From assembly GCA_037189525.1 (NCBI GenBank), contig JBBCJC010000001.1, positions 32,001 to 96,000 of the forward strand: 64,000 nt of DNA, in the 5' to 3' direction. The translations under genes were made by a program, and so were the position numbers. Below are positions 47,889 through 57,651 of this stretch, piece after piece. The notes beneath the pieces are model-generated. The model ran no database searches. It had not been told where the DNA came from and was given only the letters and a program-made list of their open reading frames with translations. How positions within the stretch are numbered: the stretch's first letter is position 1; every line of letters begins with the position of its first letter. This stretch comes from Gemmatimonadales bacterium. GTDB taxonomy: Bacteria; Gemmatimonadota; Gemmatimonadetes; Gemmatimonadales; GWC2-71-9.

Positions 47889-48671
47889 CTAGCGGCGGTC
47901 GCGGACCTTGGTGAGGTAGCGCTCGAAACAGCGGAGGGTCCAGCCGAAGCCGCCCGGGTCGCGGAGCACCTGCGGCACCTCGTTGGTGCAGCGCTTGAGC
48001 AGCCGGCGCAACGCCGACCCGGACGAGAACCCGAGCGACCGGGCAATCACGGCCACCGGCTCGGTCGTCTTTTCCAGCCGATACGCCGCCACCAGCGCCT
48101 TGCTCCACATCACCAGCGCGCTCACCGGGGGCAAGCCGACCCGCCGGAGCTGCGTACTGAGCGCCTTGGGCGTGAGACCGACGGAGCGGGCAATCACATC
48201 CGCCCGCGGCATGCTGGCCGCATGGTCGAGACAGTAGCGCACCACCGGAATGAACGGATAGGGCACCCGGCGGTGGAGCGCCTGATCGGTGAGTTGCTGA
48301 AAGGCGACATCACTCGCCCGGGTGATCGCGGAGAGGAGCCGCCGTTCGAGTTCGGTGTCATCCCGAAAGACGACGCTCGAAATACCGGCGGTCGCGAGCG
48401 CGCCCAGGTACTCGCCTGCGGCAGCGCGATCACACCAGAGAATGGCCGGCAAATCCGGACGGCGGGTCCGGATTCGCGCCACGGCCGCGACCGTCGATAC
48501 GCCCGCCCGGTCGGTCAGGTCGACCACGATAGCCAGCGCCTCCCGCGCCGCCGACCGCGCGATCAACTCGTCGAGATCATCGCACCAGACGACGTCACCA
48601 AACGCCTGGCAGGCTTCGGCAAAGCGAGGACGAAGCGCCACTTCGCTCAACTGCACCAGGATGTGATGCAT
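47889..48671 (-). CDS. AraC-like HTH regulator with degenerate receiver-like N-terminus
   Basis: C-terminal VAVIARSLGFSSGSALRRLLKR; start uncertain (frame open to 48878). Confidence 0.75.
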   Translation of the reverse strand: MHHILVQLSEVALRPRFAEACQAFGDVVWCDDLDELIARSAAREALAIVVDLTDRAGVSTVAAVARIRTRRPDLPAILWCDRAAAGEYLGALATAGISSVVFRDDTELERRLLSAITRASDVAFQQLTDQALHRRVPYPFIPVVRYCLDHAASMPRADVIARSVGLTPKALSTQLRRVGLPPVSALVMWSKALVAAYRLEKTTEPVAVIARSLGFSSGSALRRLLKRCTNEVPQVLRDPGGFGWTLRCFERYLTKVRDRR

Positions 48672-48929
48672 CGTCGCGAGCCCGCGGGCATCGAGCGCCC
48701 GAGGTCCCTGCACCGTGCGCCCGCCTTCGCCTCCGGACGGAGTAAGCCATGCCGCAACCGAGACTGTCATGGAACTGCAACCTTCGGCATGACCCGATCC
48801 TTGGTGGACGACCACCGCTTGCGTTTTGCCGCAACCACATCGAGGTGCCCCGAAAGCACCTGTGAGGCCTAAACCCAAGGCGCAGCAGAGCCTGCCCCGC
48901 GTCGCCGAGGTACCCCGTGCCGTTCAAGG

Positions 48930-48945
48930 AGCAAGCGGCACGCCA
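48930..48945 (-). promoter_or_regulatory. Putative sigma54 promoter TGGCGTGCCGCTTGCT
   Basis: GG-N10-GC with TGGC and TTGCT, oriented toward the AraC-HK-RR genes. Confidence 0.55.
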
Positions 48946-49074
48946 GCACTGGCTGGGGTCAGGTGTGCACAACTCTGCAGTTGGCGGGCTCTGTTCCGTG
49001 CCTAACGAGGGGGAGACGCCGATCGGTCGCCCGATCCGCACGACCGGAATTCGGTCGACCGGCTGTGGCTGAAA

Positions 49075-50415
49075 TCAGGTGAGGCGGGTCACACCATCGC
49101 GGGAAACGCGATGACTGATGAGCGGAAGTGGCGCCGCCGAATCGCCGATCGGGAGCGCTGCGCGAAGCGCCGCGAGCGATGCGGGCATCTGATCCTCGCG
49201 GCGTGCCAGGACGGTCGCCAGACGGGTACCGGGCTCGACCGGGTCGCCGGGTTTGACATAGATCCGGAATCCAACCGCCGGGTCGACCGCATCTTCGGTG
49301 CGCGACCGCCCGCCGCCTAACGCGACGATTGCGTGCCCGATGGAACGCGGATCGGCGGTGGCGACGACGCCCGGTCGGTCCGCAAGGAGATCGGCCACGA
49401 CGGGCGCTTGGGGCAGCCGGGCCGGATCGTCAATAACGCGCGGATCGCCACCCTGTGCTTCGATCAGGCGGGCAAGGCGTTCCAGGGCCGCCCCGCTCGC
49501 GACGACCGCCTCGACTTTGCGCCGGGCCTCGGCCGGATCCGTTTCGAGTGAAGACGCGAGCAGCATCTCCGCTCCCAGCGCGAAGGTGACCTCCATCAGG
49601 TCGGGCGGCCCGGCGCCGCGCAAACCGGCAATGGCCTCCTCCACCTCGATTGCGTTTCCGCAGGCAATGCCCAGCGGGCGGTCCATTGCGGTCAGGAGAC
49701 CGACCGTCCGGCACCCGCTCGCCTCGCCCAGCCGGATCATGGTCTCGGCCAGCACCAGCGATTGCTCCGGATCACGGATGAAAGCCCCGCTGCCGGTCTT
49801 GATGTCGAGCACCAGTCCGGTGAGCGATTCCGCGAGCTTCTTGGACATGATGCTGGCCGCGATCAGCGGAATCGACTCGACCGTACCGGTCACATCGCGG
49901 AGCGAATAGAGCTTCCGATCGGCGGGCACCAGTTCGGGGGTCTGGCCCACCATCACGGCGCCGATCTTCTCGAGTTGCAGCCGAGCCGCGCGAAGCGAGA
50001 GCCGGGTATCGAACCCCGGAATCGCCTCCAGCTTGTCGAGGGTGCCGCCGGTGTGGCCGAGTCCGCGCCCCGAGATCATGGGGACGGCCACGTCGAGCAC
50101 GGCAAGCATGGGCGCGAGCAACAGGGAGGTTTTGTCGCCCACGCCACCGATGGAATGTTTGTCGACGCGGGGGCGGCCCAGATCGGCGAGCTGGAACTGG
50201 TCGCCGGAGGTGCGCATGGCGGCGGTCAGGGCCACCAGTTCATCGGTGTCCAGGCCGCGGAACACGACGGCCATGGCCAGCGCCGCCATCTGATAATCAG
50301 GAATGTCTCCGGCGACGTACCCGCGGATCAGGGCTTGCCACTCGGCGGCCGAGAGGGCCTGGCCGTCGCGTTTCCGCTCGATCAGACGCGGCACGACGAT
50401 GGCGGGCGCACTCAC
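49075..50415 (-). CDS. pdp: Pyrimidine-nucleoside/thymidine phosphorylase
   Basis: DKHS(I)GGVGDK, SGRGLGHTGGTLDKLE, RDVTGTV, SIMSKK. Confidence 0.92.
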   Translation of the reverse strand: MSAPAIVVPRLIERKRDGQALSAAEWQALIRGYVAGDIPDYQMAALAMAVVFRGLDTDELVALTAAMRTSGDQFQLADLGRPRVDKHSIGGVGDKTSLLLAPMLAVLDVAVPMISGRGLGHTGGTLDKLEAIPGFDTRLSLRAARLQLEKIGAVMVGQTPELVPADRKLYSLRDVTGTVESIPLIAASIMSKKLAESLTGLVLDIKTGSGAFIRDPEQSLVLAETMIRLGEASGCRTVGLLTAMDRPLGIACGNAIEVEEAIAGLRGAGPPDLMEVTFALGAEMLLASSLETDPAEARRKVEAVVASGAALERLARLIEAQGGDPRVIDDPARLPQAPVVADLLADRPGVVATADPRSIGHAIVALGGGRSRTEDAVDPAVGFRIYVKPGDPVEPGTRLATVLARREDQMPASLAALRAALPIGDSAAPLPLISHRVSRDGVTRLT

Positions 50416-50472
50416 GACAGAGTACACCTGGCGATACGGTGCGGCGCCTCGATCGGCCGCGACACGCGGTGA

Positions 50473-50760
50473 CTACCGGTGACGCCGGCGGCGGATTTCG
50501 GTCCGGACCCGATCGTCCAGTTCTTCCAATCGATCGCCGACCTGTTCCTTGGCCTGGCGGAGTCGGCGGCGCAGATGGCGCCGGGTTTCGCGACCCGAGC
50601 CGGGCGCTAAGAGCAAGGCGGCCATCCCGCCGAGCAGGGCGCCTACGAGCAGGCCCAGGCCAAAGCTGCCGGCGGAATGACGGGACGTGGCGGTCAGGCG
50701 CACGGGAGCTTCCTCCTCGACTTCGTCTTCGATCTCGATTTCACGGTCGTCGGTGCTCAT
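50473..50760 (-). CDS. YtxH domain protein
   Basis: GLLVGALLGGMAALLLAPGSGRETR. Confidence 0.85.
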   Translation of the reverse strand: MSTDDREIEIEDEVEEEAPVRLTATSRHSAGSFGLGLLVGALLGGMAALLLAPGSGRETRRHLRRRLRQAKEQVGDRLEELDDRVRTEIRRRRHR

Positions 50761-50878
50761 CTCTCGAAGCTACCCAACCGCGGGGCCCGGTACAACCGAC
50801 CGGCTCGCTTGACCGGCCCCGACCTGCGCGACCAATTTTCAACCTCTCCTCGGCACTCGTCTCCGACACTCGGCGCCC

Positions 50879-51661
50879 ATGATCTCGACCACCCGCATTC
50901 CTCCATCAGACGCCGACCAGTTGCGGGCCCGTGTCGAAGAACTCGAGGCCGATCGGCGCCGGCTGCTGATGGTGATCGAGTTGCTGCGGGAACTGGCCGG
51001 GTCGCTCGACTATCGCGATATCGTGCATGCGGTGGCCCGGCGGATCGGTTACGCGCTCGAACTCGACCGATGCTCGGTGTTCCTGACCGAAAAGGGCGGC
51101 ACCACGGTCCACCTGGTCGCCAGCTACGAAGACCCCGCGCTGCGGAGCCAGATCATCCAGCTCGGCCGGTACCCGGAAATTCGCCAGGCGCTCGACACGG
51201 CCGCCGTCGTCAACATCCCCGACGTGCTCCACGAGCCTTCGCTCGAAGCGGTCCAGGACCAGTTGGCCGCGCGGCGGGTCCAGTCGATCACGGTGATCCC
51301 GATTGCCTGGCGCCGGGTCGTGATCGGCGCCCTCTTTCTGCGCACCGACCGGACGCGGGCGCCCCTGTCGCATCCCGACATCCAGTGGGCCAAGCTGGTC
51401 GCCAGTGTGACGGCGCAGGCGCTCCGCACCGCCCACAAGTTCGAACGGCTTCAGGCGCGGCGGCGCGGCGGCGATGGCGCGGCTCTCGAGCGCGATCGCG
51501 AACGGGCGGCGCTGATCGCCTTCCTGGCCAAACTGCTGGCCGGCTACCAGACGGAAGACGAGGGCGCCGCCGACGAACTGGTGCCGCGCACCGGCCAGGC
51601 CGAACTCGATCGCCTGGTCGGCGTGGCGCTGACGGTGCTGCGCCACGAGCCGCGGGCATGA
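50879..51661 (+). CDS. Stand-alone GAF domain protein
   Basis: ELAGSLDY...LDRCSVFL...SITVIPI...VIGAL; ATGA overlap with ligA. Confidence 0.8.
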   Translation: MISTTRIPPSDADQLRARVEELEADRRRLLMVIELLRELAGSLDYRDIVHAVARRIGYALELDRCSVFLTEKGGTTVHLVASYEDPALRSQIIQLGRYPEIRQALDTAAVVNIPDVLHEPSLEAVQDQLAARRVQSITVIPIAWRRVVIGALFLRTDRTRAPLSHPDIQWAKLVASVTAQALRTAHKFERLQARRRGGDGAALERDRERAALIAFLAKLLAGYQTEDEGAADELVPRTGQAELDRLVGVALTVLRHEPRA

Positions 51662-53676
51662 GTCTCGACGCCGCCCGGGCCCGCGCGGCGGAACTCCGCG
51701 CCGTCATCGATCGCGCCAATCATCAGTACTACATCGACGACGCGCCGGAACTCTCCGACGCCGAGTACGATCGCCTCTTTCGGGAACTGGAGGAGCTGGA
51801 GCAGGAACATCCCGAGCTGGCCGATCCCGACAGTCCGACCCGGCGGATCGGGGCCGACCCCGCCGCGTCGCTGCGCAAACATACCCACCGCCGTCCGATG
51901 CTCTCGCTCGCCAACGCATTCGACGAAGCCGAACTCGCCGCGTGGGAGTCGCGCAACGCGGCCATCAACGCGGATGTCCGGACCGGCGGGTACACGGCGG
52001 AGCTCAAGATCGACGGTGCCGCGGTCAATCTCACCTACGAACGCGGCGTCCTGCTGATCGGCGCGACTCGCGGTAACGGCATCGTCGGTGAAGATGTCAC
52101 GGCCAACCTGCGCACCATCCCCGACGTGCCGCTCATCCTCAAGGGAACCGGCCACCCCGACCTGATGGAGATTCGCGGCGAGGTCTACTTCTCCCTCGGC
52201 GCCTTCAAGAAACTCAACGCTCGGCGCGCAGCCGAGGGCGAGCCGCTCTTTGCCAATCCGCGCAACGCCGCGGCCGGGGGACTCCGCCAGCTCGACCCCA
52301 AGGTGACCCGCAGCCGGCGGCTCCGCATGTTTGCCTTCAACATCGAAGCCATCGAGGGCACTCTGCCTGCGGCCACCCAGGCCGAGCTCCTGGCGCGGCT
52401 CACCGAATGGGGCTTCCAGGTGGCACCGCACTATCGCCGCTTCGCATCGCTGACCGAGGTCCAGGCGGCCATACCGGAATACGAAGAGCTGCTTGGTACG
52501 CTGCCGTTTCAGTGCGACGGCGTGGTCATCAAGGTCGACCGCCGGGACCTGCAGGACGATCTCGGGATCGTCGGCGGCCGGGCGCCCCGCTGGGCCGTGG
52601 CGCGGAAGTTTGCTCCCGAAGTGGCGGTCACCCGGCTCCGGGAAATCCGGATCAACGTCGGCCGCACCGGGGCGCTCAATCCGTACGCCGTGCTCGAGCC
52701 GGTCGAGGTGGGCGGGGTGACGGTGTCCAACGCCACACTCCACAACGAAGACCTGATTGCGCAGAAGGACATCCGCGAGGGCGACTGGGTCGAGATCATG
52801 CGCGCCGGCGAGGTGATTCCCCAGGTGATCGGGCCATTGCGTGAACGGCGGACCGGCGATGAGCAACCCTGGATCATGCCCGACCGTTGCCCGGCGTGCG
52901 GCACCCCGGCCGAGCGGCTGCCCGACGAGGCGATGCGGTATTGTCCCAACCCGACGTGTCCGGGCCGAACCCTGGAAGGCATCGTTCACTACGCCTCCCG
53001 CGATGCGCTGGACATCCGAGGGCTCGGCTACGAACGGGTCCGGCAACTGCTCGATGCCGGTTTGATCCGCACCGTGGCCGATCTGTACCGGCTGACGGTC
53101 GAGCAGCTGATCGCGCTCGATCGATTTGCGCAGCAGTCGGCTACGCAACTGGTGGACGCCATTACCGCCTCGAAGGCACAGCCGCTCTCGCTCTTGCTCT
53201 TTGCGCTGGGCATCCGTCACGTCGGCAAGACCGCCGCCCAGCTGCTGGCCCGGCGCTTCGTGTCGCTTCCGGCGCTGGCCCAGGCCTCGGCGGAGGAGAT
53301 CGGGAGCATCGCGGGGATCGGACCGACCATCGCCGAGGCGGTGGTCGAGTTCTTCCGGAACGAGGCGAGTCAGCGCCTGATCGGAGAGCTCGAAGCGGCG
53401 CAGGTCAACCTGATCGAGCCCAACGCCACCCCCACCGGCGACGCCCTGGCCGGCAAGAGCTTCGTCCTGACGGGCACCCTGACCACCCTCTCACGGACCG
53501 ATGCGGCCGCGCTGATCGAAGCGCACGGCGGGCGAGTCACCAGCAGCGTCAGCAAGAAGACCGACGCCCTGGTCGCCGGCGAGGAGGCCGGCTCCAAGCT
53601 CGAGAAGGCCCGGGCGCTCGGCATCGAGGTCATCGACGAAGCCGAACTCTTGCGTCGAGTCGGGCGCAATACCTAG
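51658..53676 (+). CDS. ligA: NAD-dependent DNA ligase
   Basis: ELKIDG, RGNG, EIRGE, ANPRNAAAG, DGVVIK, CPAC...CPNPTC zinc finger, BRCT (VLTGTL...SVSKKT...GSK). Confidence 0.97.
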   Translation: MSLDAARARAAELRAVIDRANHQYYIDDAPELSDAEYDRLFRELEELEQEHPELADPDSPTRRIGADPAASLRKHTHRRPMLSLANAFDEAELAAWESRNAAINADVRTGGYTAELKIDGAAVNLTYERGVLLIGATRGNGIVGEDVTANLRTIPDVPLILKGTGHPDLMEIRGEVYFSLGAFKKLNARRAAEGEPLFANPRNAAAGGLRQLDPKVTRSRRLRMFAFNIEAIEGTLPAATQAELLARLTEWGFQVAPHYRRFASLTEVQAAIPEYEELLGTLPFQCDGVVIKVDRRDLQDDLGIVGGRAPRWAVARKFAPEVAVTRLREIRINVGRTGALNPYAVLEPVEVGGVTVSNATLHNEDLIAQKDIREGDWVEIMRAGEVIPQVIGPLRERRTGDEQPWIMPDRCPACGTPAERLPDEAMRYCPNPTCPGRTLEGIVHYASRDALDIRGLGYERVRQLLDAGLIRTVADLYRLTVEQLIALDRFAQQSATQLVDAITASKAQPLSLLLFALGIRHVGKTAAQLLARRFVSLPALAQASAEEIGSIAGIGPTIAEAVVEFFRNEASQRLIGELEAAQVNLIEPNATPTGDALAGKSFVLTGTLTTLSRTDAAALIEAHGGRVTSSVSKKTDALVAGEEAGSKLEKARALGIEVIDEAELLRRVGRNT

Positions 53677-53685
53677 CTTGGAACG

Positions 53686-54252
53686 ATGGCCACTACCCAT
53701 ATGCCGCCCCGTTTGAATCTCGGTCGGGCCACCCTCGACCAGGTCCGCAACGTCCTCGAGCGCGAGCTGCCGCAGCAGGCCGCCGGTTTGCTCAGGGAAA
53801 TCGGCTTTGCGGCCGGTGAAGCGTGCTTCGAAGGCTTCGTCGCCTCGGTTTCCGAGCGATACGGCGTCGAGACGCCGCAGGCGCTGGATGCCCGGTATCT
53901 CTCGGAAGCCGTAGGCGGTTATCTGCGGGAGGAGGGCTGGGGTACCGCGGCGCTCGAAACGCTCGCGCCAGGCCTGGTCGCGCTCGACAGCCCCGACTGG
54001 ATCGAAGCCGGCAGTCGCAACGCGGCAACGCCATCGTGCCATTTCAGCTCGGGGATGCTCTCGGATTTCTTTACGCGACTGGGCGGCTACCCGGCCGCCG
54101 TGATGGAAGTGGAATGCCGGAGCCGCGGCGATGCGCGCTGCCGGTTCCTGATCGGCAGTCCGGACGTGCTGACCTGGATCTATGAAGGCATGGTCGCCGG
54201 GACGGCGTATACCCAACTGGCCGACCAGCTCCGCACCGGCGCCAGAGACTGA
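53686..54252 (+). CDS. V4R (4-vinyl reductase) domain protein
   Basis: GWG, SCHFSSGML, EVECRSRGDARCRF. Confidence 0.85.
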   Translation: MATTHMPPRLNLGRATLDQVRNVLERELPQQAAGLLREIGFAAGEACFEGFVASVSERYGVETPQALDARYLSEAVGGYLREEGWGTAALETLAPGLVALDSPDWIEAGSRNAATPSCHFSSGMLSDFFTRLGGYPAAVMEVECRSRGDARCRFLIGSPDVLTWIYEGMVAGTAYTQLADQLRTGARD

Positions 54253-54259
54253 CCACTGC

Positions 54260-55522
54260 TCAGCGTCGGAGCTCGACTCCGACGCCATCGACCAGCAGCG
54301 ACGGCAGCAGCGCGCTGCCGACCCATTCCGCCGTCGAACCCACCGTAACCACCCGACCCAACAGTTCGAACGCGTCACCGGTCAGCACCACCCCATCGAG
54401 CCGGCCGACGACGGCACCCTCCTCGATCCGGTAGATCCAGGGCGCTTCGGCCCGGAAGACACCGGTGACCGGATTCGGCGCGGTACCGAAACTCCAGTCC
54501 GCCAGGTACAAACCACTGCCAAGCTCCGCAGCAAGCTGATCGTTCGTCGCGGCGCCGGCTTCGAGGACGAGGTTCGAGAATCCGGCTCGCGGCGGTGCAA
54601 ACCCGCGGCGCCAGCCGTGGCCCGTGGCGGGACGTCCGGTCCGCGACGCCACGGTCAGGTCGAGAATGTTGTCCGAGGCGCGTCCCGCATCGATCAGAGT
54701 GATGGGCCTGGTGGGCACGCCGTCGTCGCAGATCGGCCGGCTGCCTGGTCTGCCGTCGATGAGAGGATCATCGATCAGCGTGAGCCGCCGATCGAGTTCG
54801 GGCCAACGACCCGTCCGGCGCTCGCCGATCAGGCGCGGCAGTAGCGGCGCCAGCAAGGCCCGCACGGCGCGGGGTCCAAACCAGACACGCTCGGTCCGCA
54901 CCACCGTCCCTTCGTCGAGCAACGGCGGTAGCAGTCGTCGCTCGACTTCGTCGACCAGGGCGGCCACGTCCTGCGATTCGAGCGGCGTGACCTGGCTCCG
55001 GTAGACCCGGCAGATCAGCCCATCCGGCGCCCTCGCTTCGACTCCCATGCCGACCAGGCTCACGTCATACGCCGCCTGCACCCCGCGGGTATTCCCGACT
55101 TCCACCGCCCCGGCCGACCGCTCGGCCCAGGTCTCGAGACGCCAGCCGTGCCGGCGGAGACGCTCGCGCAGCTGGCGGGCGTCTTCGAGCAACTCGCGCG
55201 GAGCGAGTGCGGCCGCTCCGGGAGAGCGCGTCATCACCGCCGGGAGCGGCGCGGGCGCGGGGAGGAACAGGGGCGCGGCAGCCGCGCATGATGCCGAAGC
55301 GAACGCGCGATCGACGATGTCCCGGACGGATCGGGTTGCCCCCGCGGCCCAGCCGATCCGTCCATGCTGCGCAACCCGGACGTGGACTGAATGGTTGCCG
55401 TCGGCCGTGATCGACGCGGCGCCGTCGGGGTCGAGCGACACGGTCAGCGTATCGTCGTCGACCAGCGTCACGTCGGCTTGCGCGCCCCGAGACGCGAGGT
55501 CGCCGAGTAGCCCGCCGATCAT
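54260..55522 (-). CDS. PmbA/TldE-like protein
   Basis: NTRG, VWFGPRAV, DDGVPT, TGHG, SNL, NPVTGVF motifs. Confidence 0.8.
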   Translation of the reverse strand: MIGGLLGDLASRGAQADVTLVDDDTLTVSLDPDGAASITADGNHSVHVRVAQHGRIGWAAGATRSVRDIVDRAFASASCAAAAPLFLPAPAPLPAVMTRSPGAAALAPRELLEDARQLRERLRRHGWRLETWAERSAGAVEVGNTRGVQAAYDVSLVGMGVEARAPDGLICRVYRSQVTPLESQDVAALVDEVERRLLPPLLDEGTVVRTERVWFGPRAVRALLAPLLPRLIGERRTGRWPELDRRLTLIDDPLIDGRPGSRPICDDGVPTRPITLIDAGRASDNILDLTVASRTGRPATGHGWRRGFAPPRAGFSNLVLEAGAATNDQLAAELGSGLYLADWSFGTAPNPVTGVFRAEAPWIYRIEEGAVVGRLDGVVLTGDAFELLGRVVTVGSTAEWVGSALLPSLLVDGVGVELRR

Positions 55523-56880
55523 GCGTGGAGTGGGGAAATCTCGAGATCGATGAACCGGGTGTGCGGCGCCCCGGTCGTGACGGGGCGGAGTGCGCCCCCT
55601 TCCTGCAGGGTGGCCGCGCTCGGATCCCAGCTGAAGTCGCCGGCCACCCGATCGAGCCGGCCGTACAAGCTGAGCAGATCGGAGGTAATCGGCGCACACT
55701 TGACCGGTTCCGCCAGCTGGCCACCGCGAATCATCCGCGCCACGGCCGGCGTTATGGTGACCTGGCGCCCTTCGACCGCGATACCCAGTACGTCGGCGAC
55801 ATAGACCCCGAGAGGAATTTCCTCGATCAGTTGCGCGGCGGTTCCCTGCGCACCGGCTACGTAGGTGTTGGCCGGGCGCGCGACGGGCACTGAACGGAGC
55901 GTCGGCGCGAGGCCGTGCCCGGTCGGCGCCACGCCGGCGCGGGCAGCCGTTTCCCGGGTGTGGAGGTGGCCGACGACGACCCCGTTGCACACCACCATCG
56001 CGTGGGTGACGGGCGTCCCTTCGTCGTCGAGCAACAGGCTGGTGCGCAACCCTGGCGCCGTGGGATCATCGCCGACCGACAGGCATTCCGGTCCGATCCG
56101 CTGCCCCAGCGGCAGCAGGTTCCGATCGACCCCGCGCGAGGGCGCCCGGCAGAGATTGGTGATCGTCTGCAGCGCCAGGGCGCCGCTGGCGCGGGCATCG
56201 AACACCACCGGATAGCGTGCCGATACGATCGGTTTGGCGTGGAGCCGCGCCACAGCCCGCTCGGCCACCTGGCGGAACATCGAGCGCCGCTCGCCGAAGG
56301 CGCCCCATCCGCCCGCCACGGCAATCGACTCGAGCGCGCGTTCCTGGCCGCCGTCTTCGCCCGCGACGGCCAGCGCACCGAGCGTGCTCTCGCTGCGCAG
56401 ATCGTGGAGCCAGGCGCCCTCGCTGGTCGCCAGCCAGGTTTCCATCACAGTATCGCCGTAGCTGGTTCGGGAGTCGACGATCCGGCGGTCGACCCCGTGC
56501 AGTTCAGCGGTCAGCCCGTCGAGCAGATCGCGCTTGTCGGGCAGCGCCGCGAGGCGGGGGTCATCGACCAGCGCATCGGCCCGTTCCACCTGGCGCGCAG
56601 CAATCGGGGCTAGGACGATCTCGCGATCGGGGCGGGTTTCGGTGGAGAGTTCGTAGGCGCGCTGGACCGCCGCCGGCGCTTGCTCCGCATCGGTGAAGGC
56701 CACCGCGCCCCAGCCGTGCCCCGGCGCCAGGCAGCGAACCACGCCGCCACTCGCGTGGTATTCGGTGGCCACCTCGAGACGGTGACGGCGAAAGACCACG
56801 GCGGTCGACCACCGCCGCCGCAACCGAATCTCGACGTACCCGGGCGCCGCTGCCAGCGCCCGGGCGAGCAACTCACGCAT
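55519..56880 (-). CDS. TldD-like protein lacking the HExxGH zinc motif
   Basis: YPVVFD, DDPT, DDEG, LHTRETA, TGHG, NTY, RGGQLAEPVK; LQTITN occupies the HExxGH position. Confidence 0.8.
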   Translation of the reverse strand: MRELLARALAAAPGYVEIRLRRRWSTAVVFRRHRLEVATEYHASGGVVRCLAPGHGWGAVAFTDAEQAPAAVQRAYELSTETRPDREIVLAPIAARQVERADALVDDPRLAALPDKRDLLDGLTAELHGVDRRIVDSRTSYGDTVMETWLATSEGAWLHDLRSESTLGALAVAGEDGGQERALESIAVAGGWGAFGERRSMFRQVAERAVARLHAKPIVSARYPVVFDARASGALALQTITNLCRAPSRGVDRNLLPLGQRIGPECLSVGDDPTAPGLRTSLLLDDEGTPVTHAMVVCNGVVVGHLHTRETAARAGVAPTGHGLAPTLRSVPVARPANTYVAGAQGTAAQLIEEIPLGVYVADVLGIAVEGRQVTITPAVARMIRGGQLAEPVKCAPITSDLLSLYGRLDRVAGDFSWDPSAATLQEGGALRPVTTGAPHTRFIDLEISPLHA

Positions 56881-57388
56881 TCGGTTCGGAGTCGAGCGGC
56901 CACTCGGGGCGGCGAACCAGTTCGCCGTTCCGGATCACTTCACTGTCCCAGGGGAGGATGATCACCTTCTCCGTTTCGAAGGAGAAAAAGTCGGGACGGA
57001 ACGAGCCCGTTTTGAACGACACCGCGGTGCGAATCTCCGCGGGACCGAGCGCCCGGACTTCGTTTAGAGCAAGCTTGAGGGTATGGCCGGTATCGCAGGT
57101 TTCGTCGACCAAAAGGACGCGACGGCCCCGGAGAATCGCAGGCGGACCGCTGACCAGCACCGGATCGCCGCCAGCGCGACGCCGGGTCACGGTCATCGAG
57201 CTGAATTCCCGTTCGAGCAGCGCCGATACCACGGCGCCGGGAATCACGCCGGCGGTCGCGATACCCAGGATGATTTCGGGATCGTATTCCCTGGCCACCT
57301 TGAGCGCCATGGCCCGGCACAACTCACCGAAGAGCGCCCAATCAATCTCGAGAAAGCCGCGGGCTGGGTCCAGCCGTGGACGAGGCAT
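56873..57388 (-). CDS. Type I phosphoribosyltransferase (Gpt/Hpt-like)
   Basis: ILGIATAGVIPG, VLLVDETCDTGHT, ILPW; GGAGGAG SD. Confidence 0.85.
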   Translation of the reverse strand: MPRPRLDPARGFLEIDWALFGELCRAMALKVAREYDPEIILGIATAGVIPGAVVSALLEREFSSMTVTRRRAGGDPVLVSGPPAILRGRRVLLVDETCDTGHTLKLALNEVRALGPAEIRTAVSFKTGSFRPDFFSFETEKVIILPWDSEVIRNGELVRRPEWPLDSEPNA

Positions 57389-57534
57389 AGGAACTCCTCC
57401 GATTTCGGGTCAGCGGGTCGAACCACCCATTTCCAGCGCCTGCCCCCGGTTCGCCCAAGTATACGGCCTTGCCATGAGGTCCGAAAGTCAGCCGCAAGGT
57501 CGCGGGAATCTCCTTGATGCCACAACAACTTGTA

Positions 57535-57577
57535 TTGCACCGCTTGAAGAACTTTCTTATGTTGTAGCAGCGGTGCA
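57535..57577 (+). promoter_or_regulatory. Putative sigma70 promoter TTGCAC-N17-TATGTT bracketed by a 9-bp IR TGCACCGCT/AGCGGTGCA
   Basis: AT-rich patch upstream of the TPR gene; IR arms at 57536-57544 and 57569-57577. Confidence 0.5.
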
Positions 57578-57651
57578 TCGCTCCGCATCAGTCTGCGCTG
57601 GATCTGTTTCGACCGCAGCGACTTGCGAGCCTAGAGGAGCAGCCACGGATC

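Noticed and set aside
49000..49006. Intergenic GCCTAAC (and GTTAGGT at about 2404) as attC cores
   Set aside because: Isolated 7-mers with no complementary arm or L-box; the same words also occur by chance inside CDSs
50677..51657. Apparent 327-aa N-terminal extension of LigA (999-aa ORF)
   Set aside because: Arg/Gly/Pro-rich off-frame translation of the GAF gene; LigA homology starts at ATG 51658
54260..55990. 576-aa version of the PmbA-like ORF
   Set aside because: The extension overlaps tldD in another frame; ATG 55522 gives a standard ATGA coupling
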